Translations under genes and position numbers: made by a program | Shown: piece after piece, positions 8,012-17,972 of the stretch | How the letters are laid out: every line of letters starts with the position of its first letter | How positions within the stretch are numbered: position 1 is the first letter of the stretch | Origin: Dethiobacter sp. | Lineage (GTDB): Bacteria; Bacillota; Dethiobacteria; Dethiobacterales; Dethiobacteraceae | Assembly: GCA_018333635.1 (NCBI GenBank) | Contig: JAGXTL010000029.1 | Coordinates: 3,322-67,321 of the forward strand | Direction of reading: 5' to 3' | DNA: 64,000 bases | The notes under the pieces: model-generated | Databases searched by the model: none | What the model was told of the DNA's origin: nothing | The model's input: the letters and a program-made list of their open reading frames with translations, nothing else

Positions 8012-8740
8012 TCAGCGGGGAACAGGCGGCGGAGAGAGCCACTGGGCAAGCACACCTCTGTCCCAAACGCCGGTTCTGGCGGTTTTGTCCGGGAGAGTTA
8101 AAACGCCAATGCCATGCCTTAGGCCGTTTTCCCACGCGCCGCTATAGCTTTCACCGTTAGTGGCGACGCTTGTGCCGAAACCGTGGGGGGCGCCATTTCG
8201 CAGTTCACCGGTGTATCTTGAACCGTCAGGCAAAGTGACGGCAGCGGGAGCAGTGCCGCCTGCGGGGGGATTGGTTTGTGCTGTTCCGCTGCGGATAGTA
8301 ACAAGGCGGTTGCTACTATCCCAAACGACTTGTGCTCCGAGATTTTCGGCTATAAACCTAGTTGGCACCAGAGTCCTGCCGTTAATTATAAGCGGAGGCA
8401 CATCCAGTGGAACTGTTCTGCCATTGACAATGGCTGAGGTGCGTCCTATATACAAAGTGATGACTGTCGTCCCTCTGGTACCGGTTATTTTTTTTGTCTG
8501 AGCTTCCCAGCTTACTCTGGCTCCAAGCGCTTCAAAAATAGCCCGCATAGGCACCAGGGCTCTGCCGTTTCTGACAGTAGGCGGCACGTCCATTGTCAGT
8601 TCGCGCCCGTCCACAGTTACCCTGATAGGTGAGGCAGCCTCGGCGAGCCCGTTGCCTCCCGGCACAGAGATGAAAAGTAAAAGTGCGGAGAGCAAAAATA
8701 CTGAAAGCAGACCCCTTATTCTAAATGTCAAGATCATCAC
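8012..8740 (-). CDS. Secreted protein: copper-amine-oxidase N-terminal (stalk) repeats plus MORN repeats
   Basis: Signal peptide. Two repeats of the pattern NGRxLVPxRxIxExLGAxVxW. C-terminal YTGELRNGAPHGFG / YSGAWENGLRHGIG MORN-like repeats. Confidence 0.7.
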   Translation of the reverse strand: MMILTFRIRGLLSVFLLSALLLFISVPGGNGLAEAASPIRVTVDGRELTMDVPPTVRNGRALVPMRAIFEALGARVSWEAQTKKITGTRGTTVITLYIGRTSAIVNGRTVPLDVPPLIINGRTLVPTRFIAENLGAQVVWDSSNRLVTIRSGTAQTNPPAGGTAPAAVTLPDGSRYTGELRNGAPHGFGTSVATNGESYSGAWENGLRHGIGVLTLPDKTARTGVWDRGVLAQWLSPPPVPR

Positions 8741-8856
8741 CTCGTAAAATATGCTTTGGTTTCACATATTCTAGGTGATTATCCCGGAATCCTGCTGTAA
8801 GCGATTGAGGGAATATTTGGCACGGAAGGGTGCGCATAGACAAGAGTTATCTGCAC

Positions 8857-8903
8857 CCACCCCGTCCTAACGGGCGTCCCTCCAAAGGAGGGGAATTATT
8901 TTT
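8857..8903. repeat. Palindromic repeat element (family 2)
   Basis: CCACCCCGTCCTAACGGGCGTCCCTCC-AAA-GGAGGGGAATTATTTTT. A second copy at 43243-43285 has the same order of blocks. Confidence 0.75.
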
Positions 8904-9050
8904 CCTTATATTTTTTTCTAAGCTTGCCTAATTGCTTTCATTTTACTTAAAATAATGGTAAAATACTTGGCAGGCCAAAAATTTTGTGGTAACGTGAGAC
9001 ACAGGTTTATTTAGCAGGCATAAGCTAAAATAATGATATAAGGAGCATAG

Positions 9051-10373
9051 ATGATGGTAAAATTGGAAAAAATAGACGGTGGTAAAATTTCGCTTGAAAT
9101 TGAAGTGGCGGAGAAGATGCTGGAGGATGCTTTGGGCCAGGCGTATAAAAAAGTGGTAAAGAATGTTAACCTGCCTGGATTTCGCAAAGGGAAAGTGCCG
9201 CGCCCTATCTTAGAAAGTCATTTTGGCTCGGAAGTGCTCTATGAAGAGGCGCTGGAAATCCTCGTTCCCGACGCGTATGAAAAAGCGGTGGAGGAGACTA
9301 GTATCGAGCCTGTCGCGCCGCCGGAAATAGATTTGCTGCAGATGGAGAAAGGCAAGCCTTTAATTTTCAAGGCTATTGTGGAAGTAAAGCCGGAAATAGA
9401 GTTGCCTGAATACCGCGGAGTGCAAATCGACAGAGAAGTGCGGGAAATCACTGGGACGGACGTGGCAAACAGACTGGCTCAGATGCAAAAACAGCATGTC
9501 AAGCTGCATGTGCTCGCAGATGCTCCTTTGGCCAGCGGTGACGTGGCGTTGCTCGATTTTACCGGTTATGTGGACGGTGTGCCTTTCGACGGCGGCAGTG
9601 CCGAGAACTATACCTTGGAGGTGGGTTCCGGCTCTTTCATCCCCGGTTTTGAAGAGCAAATGGTGGGGATGAATATTGGTGAGGAAAAAGATATTGCCGT
9701 CTCCTTCCCCGAGGAGTATCACAATGAGGATTTAGCTGGAAAACCGGCAATTTTCAAGATAAAGCTTAATGAAATCAAACGCAAGGAGCTGCCGGAGCTA
9801 AATGATGATTTTGCGGCGGAAGTCTCTGAATTTGCCACACTGGCCGAATTAAAAGACGATATTTTGAATAAGCTGAAAGAGGCGGAAGAAAAAAAGAGCA
9901 GCAACGAAGTGGCAAAAAGAGTAGTCGAGACGCTGGCGGAGAGCATTGATGTTTTGCTGCCTGCTGCACTAGTCGATCGGGAAGTTGATAGAATGATTAG
10001 CGAAATGGAAAATTTCATGAAGATGCAGGGGTTGAATTTGGAAAAGTTTCTTTCCCTTACCCAGCAAAGCGTCGATGGGCTGCGTCTTGACAAGCGGTTG
10101 GAAGCGGAAAAGCGCGTTAGGGCAGATCTGCTCTTAGATGCTATCGTTAAAAAAGAAGGAATTGAGGCTACAGATGAAGAAGTAAAAGAGCGGATTGGCA
10201 AAATGGCTGAGAGTTACGGGCAGCCGGTGGAAGTAATCGAGGAATATTTTGCAGCACCGGGGCAAGCGGAAGCATTGTTCCAAGAGATTAAAGTTCGCAA
10301 GGCGATTGACTTCTTGGTGGCTGAAGCAAAGATTACTAATGTTGTTGCTCCTGCGACTAAAGAAGAGAAGTAG
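9051..10373 (+). CDS. tig: Trigger factor
   Basis: 440 aa. GFRKGKVP ribosome-binding motif, FKBP-type PPIase middle domain. Sits at the head of a tig-clpP-clpX run. Confidence 0.95.
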   Translation: MMVKLEKIDGGKISLEIEVAEKMLEDALGQAYKKVVKNVNLPGFRKGKVPRPILESHFGSEVLYEEALEILVPDAYEKAVEETSIEPVAPPEIDLLQMEKGKPLIFKAIVEVKPEIELPEYRGVQIDREVREITGTDVANRLAQMQKQHVKLHVLADAPLASGDVALLDFTGYVDGVPFDGGSAENYTLEVGSGSFIPGFEEQMVGMNIGEEKDIAVSFPEEYHNEDLAGKPAIFKIKLNEIKRKELPELNDDFAAEVSEFATLAELKDDILNKLKEAEEKKSSNEVAKRVVETLAESIDVLLPAALVDREVDRMISEMENFMKMQGLNLEKFLSLTQQSVDGLRLDKRLEAEKRVRADLLLDAIVKKEGIEATDEEVKERIGKMAESYGQPVEVIEEYFAAPGQAEALFQEIKVRKAIDFLVAEAKITNVVAPATKEEK

Positions 10374-10384
10374 GGGGAATCCTG

Positions 10385-10966
10385 ATGAATCTGGTACCGA
10401 TGGTAGTAGAGCAGACTAATCGCGGCGAACGGGCCTACGATATTTATTCCAGGCTGCTAAAAGATCGCATTATTTTTATAGGCAGCCCCATCGATGATAC
10501 GGTGGCTAACTTAGTTATCGCCCAGCTCCTTTTCCTTGAGTCGGAGGACCCGGATAAGGACATCAGTATTTATATTAATTCACCGGGCGGCGCCGTTTAT
10601 TCCGGCTTAGCCATTTATGATACCATGCAGTATATTAAGCCCGATGTCTCCACGATTTGCGTCGGCTTGGCTGCCAGCATGGGGGCAGTGCTTTTGACTG
10701 CCGGTGCCAAAGGAAAACGTTTTTCATTACCCAATTCACGAATTATGGTGCATCAGCCGTTGGGTGGAGTTCAGGGGCAGGCAGTCGATATTGAAATTCA
10801 CGCCAGGGAAATTTTGCGTATTCGGGAACGGTTAAACGAGATTCTGGGCAAGCACACCGGCAAGCAGGTGGAGCAGATCGCCCAAGATACAGACCGGGAT
10901 TATTTCATGTCGGCGGAGCAGGCGAAAGAGTACGGTTTGATTGACGGAGTATTGGAAAAACGTTAG
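10385..10966 (+). CDS. clpP: ATP-dependent Clp protease proteolytic subunit
   Basis: 193 aa. The sequence is typical ClpP throughout, e.g. [26 protein letters not shown] and MVHQPLGG. Confidence 0.95.
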   Translation: MNLVPMVVEQTNRGERAYDIYSRLLKDRIIFIGSPIDDTVANLVIAQLLFLESEDPDKDISIYINSPGGAVYSGLAIYDTMQYIKPDVSTICVGLAASMGAVLLTAGAKGKRFSLPNSRIMVHQPLGGVQGQAVDIEIHAREILRIRERLNEILGKHTGKQVEQIAQDTDRDYFMSAEQAKEYGLIDGVLEKR

Positions 10967-10990
10967 ACAACTCCTCTAGGAGGGAAACTT

Positions 10991-12253
10991 ATGTTTAAGT
11001 TCAACGATGAAAAAGGGCAATTGAAGTGTTCCTTTTGCGGCAAGACGCAAGAGCAAGTGCGCAAACTGGTGGCAGGTCCGGGTGTCTATATTTGCGATGA
11101 ATGCATTGAGCTATGCAACGAAATTATTGAAGAAGAGTTGTCTGAGGATATGGATCTGGATTTAATCGAGCTGCCCCGCCCAACCGAAATTAAGGACATT
11201 ATGGATCAGTATGTCATCGGTCAGGATGAGGCAAAGAAGTCGCTGGCGGTCGCCGTTTATAATCATTATAAGCGGATTAATCTGGAACAGAAGCCGGACG
11301 ATGTGGAAATTCAGAAAAGCAATATCCTCTTAATTGGTCCCACCGGCGTAGGAAAAACACTGCTGGCCCAAACTTTGGCAAGAATTTTAAACGTGCCTTT
11401 TGCCATTGCCGATGCCACCTCACTGACAGAAGCTGGTTATGTGGGCGAAGATGTGGAAAATATTCTGCTGAAGCTAATCCAGTCGGCAGATTATGACCTG
11501 GAGAAAGCGGAAAAAGGGATTATCTATATTGACGAGATTGACAAAATTGCGCGCAAAACCGATAACCCTTCCATCACCCGGGATGTTTCCGGTGAAGGTG
11601 TGCAACAGGCTCTCTTGAAAATCCTGGAGGGTACTGTGGCCAGCGTGCCGCCGCAAGGGGGTCGCAAGCATCCCCATCAAGAGTTCATGCAGATTGACAC
11701 CACCAATATTCTCTTTATTTGTGGCGGGGCCTTCGACGGCATCGACAAGCTGATTCAAAACCGTATCGGCAAGAAAGGGATTGGCTTTGGTGCCGATGTG
11801 TCCAGGAAGCAGGAGAAAAATATTGGTGAAATCCTGCGTCACGTTTTGCCCCAGGATTTAATTAAATTTGGCTTGATTCCTGAGTTTGTGGGCCGTATTC
11901 CTGTGGTGGCGACGCTTGATGCGCTCGATAAGCCTGCCCTGATTCGGATTTTGACTGAACCGCGCAACGCGTTGACTAAGCAGTATCAGAAGCTGTTTGA
12001 AATGGATGGAGTATCGCTGGAGTTTAAGGACGGCACTTTAGAGATTATTGCTGAAGAAGCCATCCGCAGAAACACCGGCGCCCGCGGTCTGCGCGCCATC
12101 TTGGAAGGTCTTTTGCTCGATGTGATGTATGAATTGCCTGCCCGGGATGATATCGGCAAATGCATCATCACTAAGGAAGTACTGCAAAACCATGAGAAGC
12201 CCATCCTTGTCACCGCTGATAAGCGCAAGAAGAAAAAAGAAGAATCTGCATAG
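10991..12253 (+). CDS. clpX: ATP-dependent Clp protease ATP-binding subunit ClpX
   Basis: N-terminal zinc finger CSFCGK..CDECI and Walker A GPTGVGKT. 420 aa. Confidence 0.95.
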   Translation: MFKFNDEKGQLKCSFCGKTQEQVRKLVAGPGVYICDECIELCNEIIEEELSEDMDLDLIELPRPTEIKDIMDQYVIGQDEAKKSLAVAVYNHYKRINLEQKPDDVEIQKSNILLIGPTGVGKTLLAQTLARILNVPFAIADATSLTEAGYVGEDVENILLKLIQSADYDLEKAEKGIIYIDEIDKIARKTDNPSITRDVSGEGVQQALLKILEGTVASVPPQGGRKHPHQEFMQIDTTNILFICGGAFDGIDKLIQNRIGKKGIGFGADVSRKQEKNIGEILRHVLPQDLIKFGLIPEFVGRIPVVATLDALDKPALIRILTEPRNALTKQYQKLFEMDGVSLEFKDGTLEIIAEEAIRRNTGARGLRAILEGLLLDVMYELPARDDIGKCIITKEVLQNHEKPILVTADKRKKKKEESA

Positions 12254-12266
12254 AGAGACTGTATTT

Positions 12267-12302
12267 AAGGCTGCTGCTTACCTTTAAGCGGTAGCCTTTT
12301 TT
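12267..12302 (+). terminator. Intrinsic terminator after clpX
   Basis: AAGGCTGCTGCTTACCTTTAAGCGGTAGCCTT hairpin followed by TTTTTT. Confidence 0.6.
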
Positions 12303-12478
12303 GATACGTTAATCCGGCAGCAAAAATTGTCCAAGGGAATATTTGCGGCATTTTTTTGCTAATGCAGCCTCGCCCGCCTGCTTTGCTCACACGTATTTTT
12401 TTAAATAAGATTTGCGACGTTTTTCTTCTTTCCCTTAGGATATACTAAAGGCAGTTAATGCTTGCAGGGGGGAAAAAA

Positions 12479-14149
12479 ATGTCAAATATAACGCCGCTTA
12501 TTGGTGTGATTCAGATTTTTTTTGCGATTGTCATCGGTCTCTATTTTTTGAATCTGCTCCGCTCCCAGCAGAGCAGTAAAGTGGCCGTTGATAAAGAATC
12601 CCGCAAGGAAATGGAACAACTGCGCAGAATGCGGGCAATATCGCTGACAGAGCCCCTGGCCGAAAAAACGAGACCTGCGTCTTTTGCTGAAATCATCGGT
12701 CAGGAAGAAGGGCTTAGGGCTTTGCGGGCTGCGCTCTGCGGGTCAAATCCGCAGCATGTGATTATTTATGGGCCGCCGGGGGTGGGAAAGACGGCGGCGG
12801 CCAGGTTGGTGCTGGAAGAGGCAAAGCGAAATTGGATTTCTCCTTTTGGGCGGGAAGCAAAGTTTGTGGAGCTTGACGCTACCACGGCGCGCTTTGACGA
12901 GCGGGGTATTGCAGACCCGCTGATTGGCTCGGTTCATGACCCCATCTATCAGGGAGCAGGGCCTATGGGGATGGCGGGCATTCCGCAACCTAAGGCGGGT
13001 GCGGTCAGTAAAGCGCACGGCGGGATTTTGTTTATTGACGAAATCGGCGAGCTGCACTCTACCCAGATAAATAAATTGTTAAAAGTGCTGGAGGACAGGA
13101 AGGTGTTTCTGGAGAGTGCTTACTATAACCCGGAAGACAGGAATATACCTGCCCATATCCATGAAATTTTCCAAAAAGGCCTTCCCGCTGATTTTCGCAT
13201 GATTGGTGCTACCACCCGACTGCCGGATGATATTCCTCCCGCCATCCGTTCCCGTTGTATGGAAGTATTTTTCAGGGGGCTTTTGCCGGATGAAACGGCG
13301 CTCATAGCAGCTAATGCGGCAAAAAGAGTCGACTTTTCTTTGGGCGAAGATGTTTTGGCTGTAATTAGAAAATTTGCGGCAAACGGACGGGAGGCAGTCA
13401 ATACCGTGCAGATTGCTGCAGGTTTGGCTCAATGTGACAATGGGCGAAAACAGCTGACCTTGCAGGATGTCGAATGGGTGGTAAATGCCAGTCAAATGTC
13501 GCCCCGTCCGGAAAGGAAAATTCCACTTCGTCCGCAGGTAGGCTATGTGAATGGCCTGGCGGTTTACGGTCCCAGCATGGGAACTGTGATTGAGATAGAG
13601 GTGGCCTCTCACCGCGCCGCGCAGGGTAAAGGAGAAGTCCATGTTACCGGCGTGATGGAGGAAGAAGAAGTGGGTAGTCCGCGCCGTGTGTTGCGCCGCA
13701 AAAGCTCGGCCAAAAGTTCGGTGGAAAATGTTTTGACGGTCTTGCGCGATTATTTGGAGATCGATCCGAAAGATTACCACATCCATCTTAACTTTCCCGG
13801 AGGCACTCCTATTGACGGGCCCTCAGCCGGTATCTCTATCGCTACTGCCATCTATTCATCGCTGACAGGCATTGCGGTTGCCAATACGGTGGCAATGACG
13901 GGTGAGATTTCTGTGCGGGGCTATGTGCGGCCGATTGGCGGAGTTGCCTGCAAAGTGGAGGCGGCACGGCAGGCCGGTGCGAAAAAGGTAATCATTCCGC
14001 GGGACAATTGGCAGCAAGCCTTTGAGAAAGCGTCTGAGCTGGTGGTGGTCCCGGTCGATACTTTGCAGGAAGTGTTGGATCACGCCTTAGTCAAAGGGCA
14101 GAGGGTGGTGTCCGGTGGGGCAAAAATGTTGACGGCGTCACCGTTATAA
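12479..14149 (+). CDS. lonB: Sporulation-type Lon protease LonB
   Basis: N-terminal TM helix, Walker A GPPGVGKT, protease Ser in GPSAGISIA. Position between clpX and lonA as in Bacillus. The track ORF opens at 12458; ATG 12479 follows a G-rich RBS. Confidence 0.85.
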   Translation: MSNITPLIGVIQIFFAIVIGLYFLNLLRSQQSSKVAVDKESRKEMEQLRRMRAISLTEPLAEKTRPASFAEIIGQEEGLRALRAALCGSNPQHVIIYGPPGVGKTAAARLVLEEAKRNWISPFGREAKFVELDATTARFDERGIADPLIGSVHDPIYQGAGPMGMAGIPQPKAGAVSKAHGGILFIDEIGELHSTQINKLLKVLEDRKVFLESAYYNPEDRNIPAHIHEIFQKGLPADFRMIGATTRLPDDIPPAIRSRCMEVFFRGLLPDETALIAANAAKRVDFSLGEDVLAVIRKFAANGREAVNTVQIAAGLAQCDNGRKQLTLQDVEWVVNASQMSPRPERKIPLRPQVGYVNGLAVYGPSMGTVIEIEVASHRAAQGKGEVHVTGVMEEEEVGSPRRVLRRKSSAKSSVENVLTVLRDYLEIDPKDYHIHLNFPGGTPIDGPSAGISIATAIYSSLTGIAVANTVAMTGEISVRGYVRPIGGVACKVEAARQAGAKKVIIPRDNWQQAFEKASELVVVPVDTLQEVLDHALVKGQRVVSGGAKMLTASPL

Positions 14150-14276
14150 ACTGGTAATTTCTGGGTAGACGGAGCTTTTTGTCCGATTTTCGGGAAAGGT
14201 AAAGATTTTGAGCGGATAAAGGAAAATTCTTGACGGTGGGCGAATAAGTAGCTAGGCTGGTGAATTGATTTGAGGA

Positions 14277-16619
14277 ATGGAGGGGAGACGTGTGGCTGAA
14301 AATACAAAAATTCTGCCGTTACTGCCACTACGAGGAATACTGGTGTTTCCCAATATGGTCCTGCACCTGGATGTTGGCCGGGAGCGCTCGGTTAACGCAT
14401 TGGAGCAGGCTATGGTGGATGACAATAAAGTCCTGCTGGTTACCCAGAAAGAGGCCAGAGTCGATGACCCGGCACCGGAGGATATTTATTCCATGGGTAC
14501 CATCGCGCAAATTAAGCAGATGCTTAAATTGCCGGGCGGCACCATTCGGGTGTTGGTGGAAGGCTTGTCTCGCGCTTATGTGCGCGATTTTGTGGAAGCC
14601 GACCCCTTTTTTAAAGTGCATGCAGAAGAAGTTCCGGAGGATACCACAAAGAATATTGAAGTGGAAGCATTGATGCGCAGCGTCACTTACCAGTTTGAGC
14701 AGTACATTAAGCTGAGCAAAAAAATTCCACCCGAGACTTTGGTCATGGTAGCCGGCATTGAGGAACCGGGCAGAATGGCTGACATTATCGGTTCCCATCT
14801 CACCTTGAAAGTAGAGCAGAAGCAGCATATTCTCGAGGCCACATTGCCCAAGGACCGCCTGAACAAGCTCTTGGAGATTTTGGGGCACGAGATGGAAGTT
14901 CTGGAAATTGAGCGTAAGATTAACCTGCGTGTGCGCAAGCAGATGGAGCGCACACAGAAGGAGTATTACCTGCGTGAGCAGATGAAGGCCATCCAGAAGG
15001 AACTGGGTGAAAAAGATGAGCGCATGGCAGAGGCCGACGAGTACCGGGAAAAAATTGCAGAAGCTAATTTGCCGGAGGAAGTCTCGGAAAAGGCGCTAAA
15101 AGAAGTGGAGCGCCTGGAGAAAATGCCGTCAGCTGCGGCAGAAGCAGTAGTTATCCGCAATTATCTCGATTGGATTCTGGCGTTGCCTTGGTCACTCCAG
15201 ACCGAGGATAGGTTGGATTTGAATATGGCGGAAAAAATCCTGGATGAAGACCATTACGGTTTAACGAAAGTAAAAGAGCGCATCATCGAGTATTTGGCTG
15301 TGAGGCAATTAGCGCAAAAACTCAAAGGTCCGATTATTTGCCTGGTTGGCCCTCCCGGTGTGGGAAAAACATCGCTGGCTCGCTCTATTGCCCGCTCGCT
15401 GGAGCGCAATTTTGTGCGTATCTCCCTGGGAGGAGTGCGGGATGAAGCGGAAATCCGCGGACATCGACGCACTTACGTGGGAGCCATGCCTGGCCGGATT
15501 ATCCAAGGCATGCGTCAGGCTAAGTCGCAAAATCCTGTCTTTCTGCTGGATGAAATTGATAAAATGTCGACCGATTTCCGGGGTGACCCCTCCGCGGCTC
15601 TTTTAGAAGTTTTAGACCCGGAACAGAACAATGCTTTCTCCGACCATTATATTGAGATTTCCTTTAACCTTTCTAATGTGATGTTTATTACTACCGCCAA
15701 CACGCTTTACAATATTCCTCAGCCGTTATTGGACAGGATGGAAACGATTTATATCCCCGGGTACACAGAGGAAGAGAAAGTGAATATCGCGGAACGCTTT
15801 TTACTGCCAAAACAGCTAAAAGAGCATGGTTTAAGTAAAGAGAGTCTTACTGTTTCAGAAAAAACGCTGCGTAAAATTATCCGCCAGTATACTCGTGAAG
15901 CCGGTGTGCGCAGTCTGGAAAGGCAAATTGCTTCCTTCTGCCGTAAAACGGCTAAAGAAGTGGTGCGGGACAAAAAGGAACGCTCAGCCATCACAGTGCA
16001 AAATCTCCATAAATATCTGGGTATCCCTCGCTATCGCTTCGGGCTGGCGGAAAAGGAAGATGAGATAGGGGTAGCCACCGGCTTGGCTTGGACGGAGGCA
16101 GGTGGCGACACACTGGTGATTGAAGTTACGCTGATGAAGGGGAAAGGCAAACTGCTGCTGACCGGTAAGCTTGGAGAAGTGATGCGTGAATCGGCTCAAG
16201 CCGGTCTCTCTTACATTCGTACCAGAACCGGCCAATTAGGAATCAAAGAGGATTTTTACGAAACTTATGATATCCATATCCATATTCCCGAGGGTGCCAT
16301 CCCTAAAGACGGCCCTTCTGCCGGGATTACCATGGCTGCGGCGCTTATCTCTGCGCTGACGCAACGGCCCTCCAGGCGTACCGTGGCTATGACGGGAGAA
16401 ATTACGCTGCGCGGCCGAGTTCTTCCCATTGGCGGGGTAAAAGAAAAGGTGCTGGCTGCTCACCGGGCCGGAATTAAAAAAGTAATTCTCCCCGCCGAAA
16501 ACAAGAAAGATATCAGCGAAATTCCGGATAACGTTAGTCGCAAGCTGGAGTTTGTTTTCGTGGAGCACATGGATCAAGTGCTGGCACATGCGCTGGCGGA
16601 AAAAGAAGATGAAAGTTAA
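14277..16619 (+). CDS. lon: ATP-dependent protease Lon (LonA)
   Basis: LON N-domain [30 protein letters not shown]. 780 aa. GTG 14292 is an alternative start. Confidence 0.95.
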   Translation: MEGRRVAENTKILPLLPLRGILVFPNMVLHLDVGRERSVNALEQAMVDDNKVLLVTQKEARVDDPAPEDIYSMGTIAQIKQMLKLPGGTIRVLVEGLSRAYVRDFVEADPFFKVHAEEVPEDTTKNIEVEALMRSVTYQFEQYIKLSKKIPPETLVMVAGIEEPGRMADIIGSHLTLKVEQKQHILEATLPKDRLNKLLEILGHEMEVLEIERKINLRVRKQMERTQKEYYLREQMKAIQKELGEKDERMAEADEYREKIAEANLPEEVSEKALKEVERLEKMPSAAAEAVVIRNYLDWILALPWSLQTEDRLDLNMAEKILDEDHYGLTKVKERIIEYLAVRQLAQKLKGPIICLVGPPGVGKTSLARSIARSLERNFVRISLGGVRDEAEIRGHRRTYVGAMPGRIIQGMRQAKSQNPVFLLDEIDKMSTDFRGDPSAALLEVLDPEQNNAFSDHYIEISFNLSNVMFITTANTLYNIPQPLLDRMETIYIPGYTEEEKVNIAERFLLPKQLKEHGLSKESLTVSEKTLRKIIRQYTREAGVRSLERQIASFCRKTAKEVVRDKKERSAITVQNLHKYLGIPRYRFGLAEKEDEIGVATGLAWTEAGGDTLVIEVTLMKGKGKLLLTGKLGEVMRESAQAGLSYIRTRTGQLGIKEDFYETYDIHIHIPEGAIPKDGPSAGITMAAALISALTQRPSRRTVAMTGEITLRGRVLPIGGVKEKVLAAHRAGIKKVILPAENKKDISEIPDNVSRKLEFVFVEHMDQVLAHALAEKEDES

Positions 16620-17193
16620 AAGCGCAGCATTTGTGATTAGTGCGGCAAAAACGGAACAGTTTCTCCCCGGCGGTCTGGCGGAGATTGCCTTTGCCGGCCG
16701 TTCTAATGTCGGGAAGTCCTCGCTGCTTAATTCGCTGTTAAATCGAAAACAGTTGGCCATGACGAGCGGAACCCCGGGTAAAACTCGCCTGATCAATTTC
16801 TTTCTGGTCAATGAGGCTTTTCATTTTGTAGATTTGCCCGGCTACGGCTTTGCCAGAGTTTCCAAACAGATGAAGGAACAATGGGGCCAGTTGATTGAAG
16901 CGTATTTGTCGCAGCGTCAGGAATTGCGGCTGGTGGTGCAGCTGGTGGATTTGCGCCATCTGCCTACAGCTGACGACTTGGCTTTGTACAAATGGCTGAT
17001 TCATTATAAGCGGCCCACAGTGATTGTCGGCACCAAAGCAGATAAAATTTCCCGGGGTAACAGGGCTAAGCACATCAACCAGATTCGGAGCGGCTTGGGG
17101 CTAGGACCGGACGGTCCTGTGATTCCCTATTCAGCCAAAACCGGCGAAGGCAAAGAAGCCCTCTGGAAAATGATTGCGCAGTATCTTTCTTAG
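16609..17193 (+). CDS. engB: Ribosome biogenesis GTPase EngB/YsxC (YihA)
   Basis: GRSNVGKSSLLN G1 motif. Start trimmed to ATG 16609 (MKVKSAAF...), which overlaps the lon stop by 11 nt. The track ORF opens at 16552. Confidence 0.9.
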   Translation: MKVKSAAFVISAAKTEQFLPGGLAEIAFAGRSNVGKSSLLNSLLNRKQLAMTSGTPGKTRLINFFLVNEAFHFVDLPGYGFARVSKQMKEQWGQLIEAYLSQRQELRLVVQLVDLRHLPTADDLALYKWLIHYKRPTVIVGTKADKISRGNRAKHINQIRSGLGLGPDGPVIPYSAKTGEGKEALWKMIAQYLS

Positions 17194-17296
17194 CTGCGCG
17201 ACAGCGAGGCGGAACCGCACCCTGGTTAGGCGGGGGCGGTTCTGCCGTTGTGCTTTCTCCCACTTCAGCTATTCTCTTCTTCCTTCTCAACAAATA

Positions 17297-17329
17297 CCCT
17301 CTCCCTGCGGGAGAGGGCTAGGGTGAGGG
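17297..17329. repeat. Family-1 palindromic core, inverted copy
   Basis: CCCTCTCCC-TGC-GGGAGAGGGCTAGGGTGAGGG is the reverse complement of the core at 17625-17657. Confidence 0.8.
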
Positions 17330-17598
17330 CCGGCCTAGGCAAAGCGCAGGGGGGGATGAGACAGCGAAGTATTCCGGGCAATGTAGCCTTCCTCAGCTGC
17401 TCCGCTCGCACGTTCTCGCAGCTACGAACGGTCATTCTCGCTAACATGCCAAAACCTCTGGGCTTACTGCATGTGAACCATTGGCATGTCTTTACGCTGC
17501 GAATTCCCGTTCGCTAAACGCTGCTGACACTTAACGCTCGCTTCCGCATTCCGTGAAAGTCTACAATATCTGCATGCCATAAAACGGGGGCACCATCA

Positions 17599-17760
17599 GG
17601 AGGATGAAAATGCGCCTCAGCTGGCCCTCACCCTAGCCCTCTCCCGCAGGGAGAGGGGAACTGTTGGGATGAGAGAAGGGAACACTTATGCCCTCGGTCG
17701 TACCATGCTTGGGCGGGTTGCATACCCGCCCAAGCATGGTAGATGCTATTTTCAGAGTAG
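17599..17760. repeat. Family-1 composite element carrying a nested family-3 hairpin
   Basis: It has the same ends as 3899-3990 (AGGATGAAAAT...CCCTCACCCTAGCCCTCTCCC-GCA-GGGAGAGGGGA ... GCTATTTTCAGAGTAGA). It is interrupted by a perfect 18-bp hairpin at 17701-17741, TACCATGCTTGGGCGGGT-TGCAT-ACCCGCCCAAGCATGGTA. Confidence 0.75.
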
Positions 17761-17849
17761 ATTGCCTTGTCCACCATCGTACCCTCTCCCATTTCAGCTA
17801 TTCCCCTCTCCCATTGGTGTCTGTGAATCGGCTCTTTCGCCGATTCAAA

Positions 17850-17876
17850 CGAGTCCGACATCTGACCTCCGACTTC
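17850..17876. repeat. Heptanucleotide tandem repeat (reverse orientation of 3444-3465)
   Basis: The reverse complement reads GAAGTCG GAGGTCA GATGTCG GA. Confidence 0.6.
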
Positions 17877-17904
17877 TAGCAAGGAGAGACGTGGGTTGGG
17901 ATTC

Positions 17905-17934
17905 TTGACAGGGGCAGGGACAGTCAGATATATT
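17905..17934 (+). promoter_or_regulatory. Putative valS promoter
   Basis: TTGACA (17905-17910), 18 nt, TATATT (17929-17934), about 38 nt before the valS ATG. Confidence 0.45.
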
Positions 17935-17972
17935 TATGAAAGAAATGCGACCCTGTAAGGAGGCTTTTTTTA

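Noticed and set aside
13079-13786. Long antisense ORFs inside well-supported genes, e.g. 13079-13786, 14328-14888, 16236-16811, 24959-25678, 34375-34959, 40557-41345, 51542-52519 (all minus strand)
   Set aside because: Each lies fully within a conserved + strand gene (lonB, lon, rnfG/E, antiporter subunit, mreC/D, rng) and has low-complexity or His/Arg-rich composition typical of shadow frames in GC-rich DNA.
14150-14276. Possible CtsR or CIRCE heat-shock operators upstream of lon and tig
   Set aside because: I found no GGTCAAA direct repeat and no TTAGCACTC-N9-GAGTGCTAA inverted repeat in either leader.
16552-16608. N-terminal extensions in track ORFs for engB and, likewise, rnfE, mnhG, DUF4040, mnhC, mreB, mreD, minC, minD, rng, DUF2344, yqeK, the response regulator and lonB
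   Set aside because: The extensions overlap the preceding gene or a repeat element, and an internal start with an RBS yields the conserved family N-terminus. Coordinates were trimmed accordingly.
17500-17972. Expected T-box leader upstream of valS
   Set aside because: I searched by eye for the GGTGGNACCGCG core and a specifier/terminator architecture and found none. A good promoter lies only about 40 nt from the ATG. A covariance-model scan is still needed to be sure.
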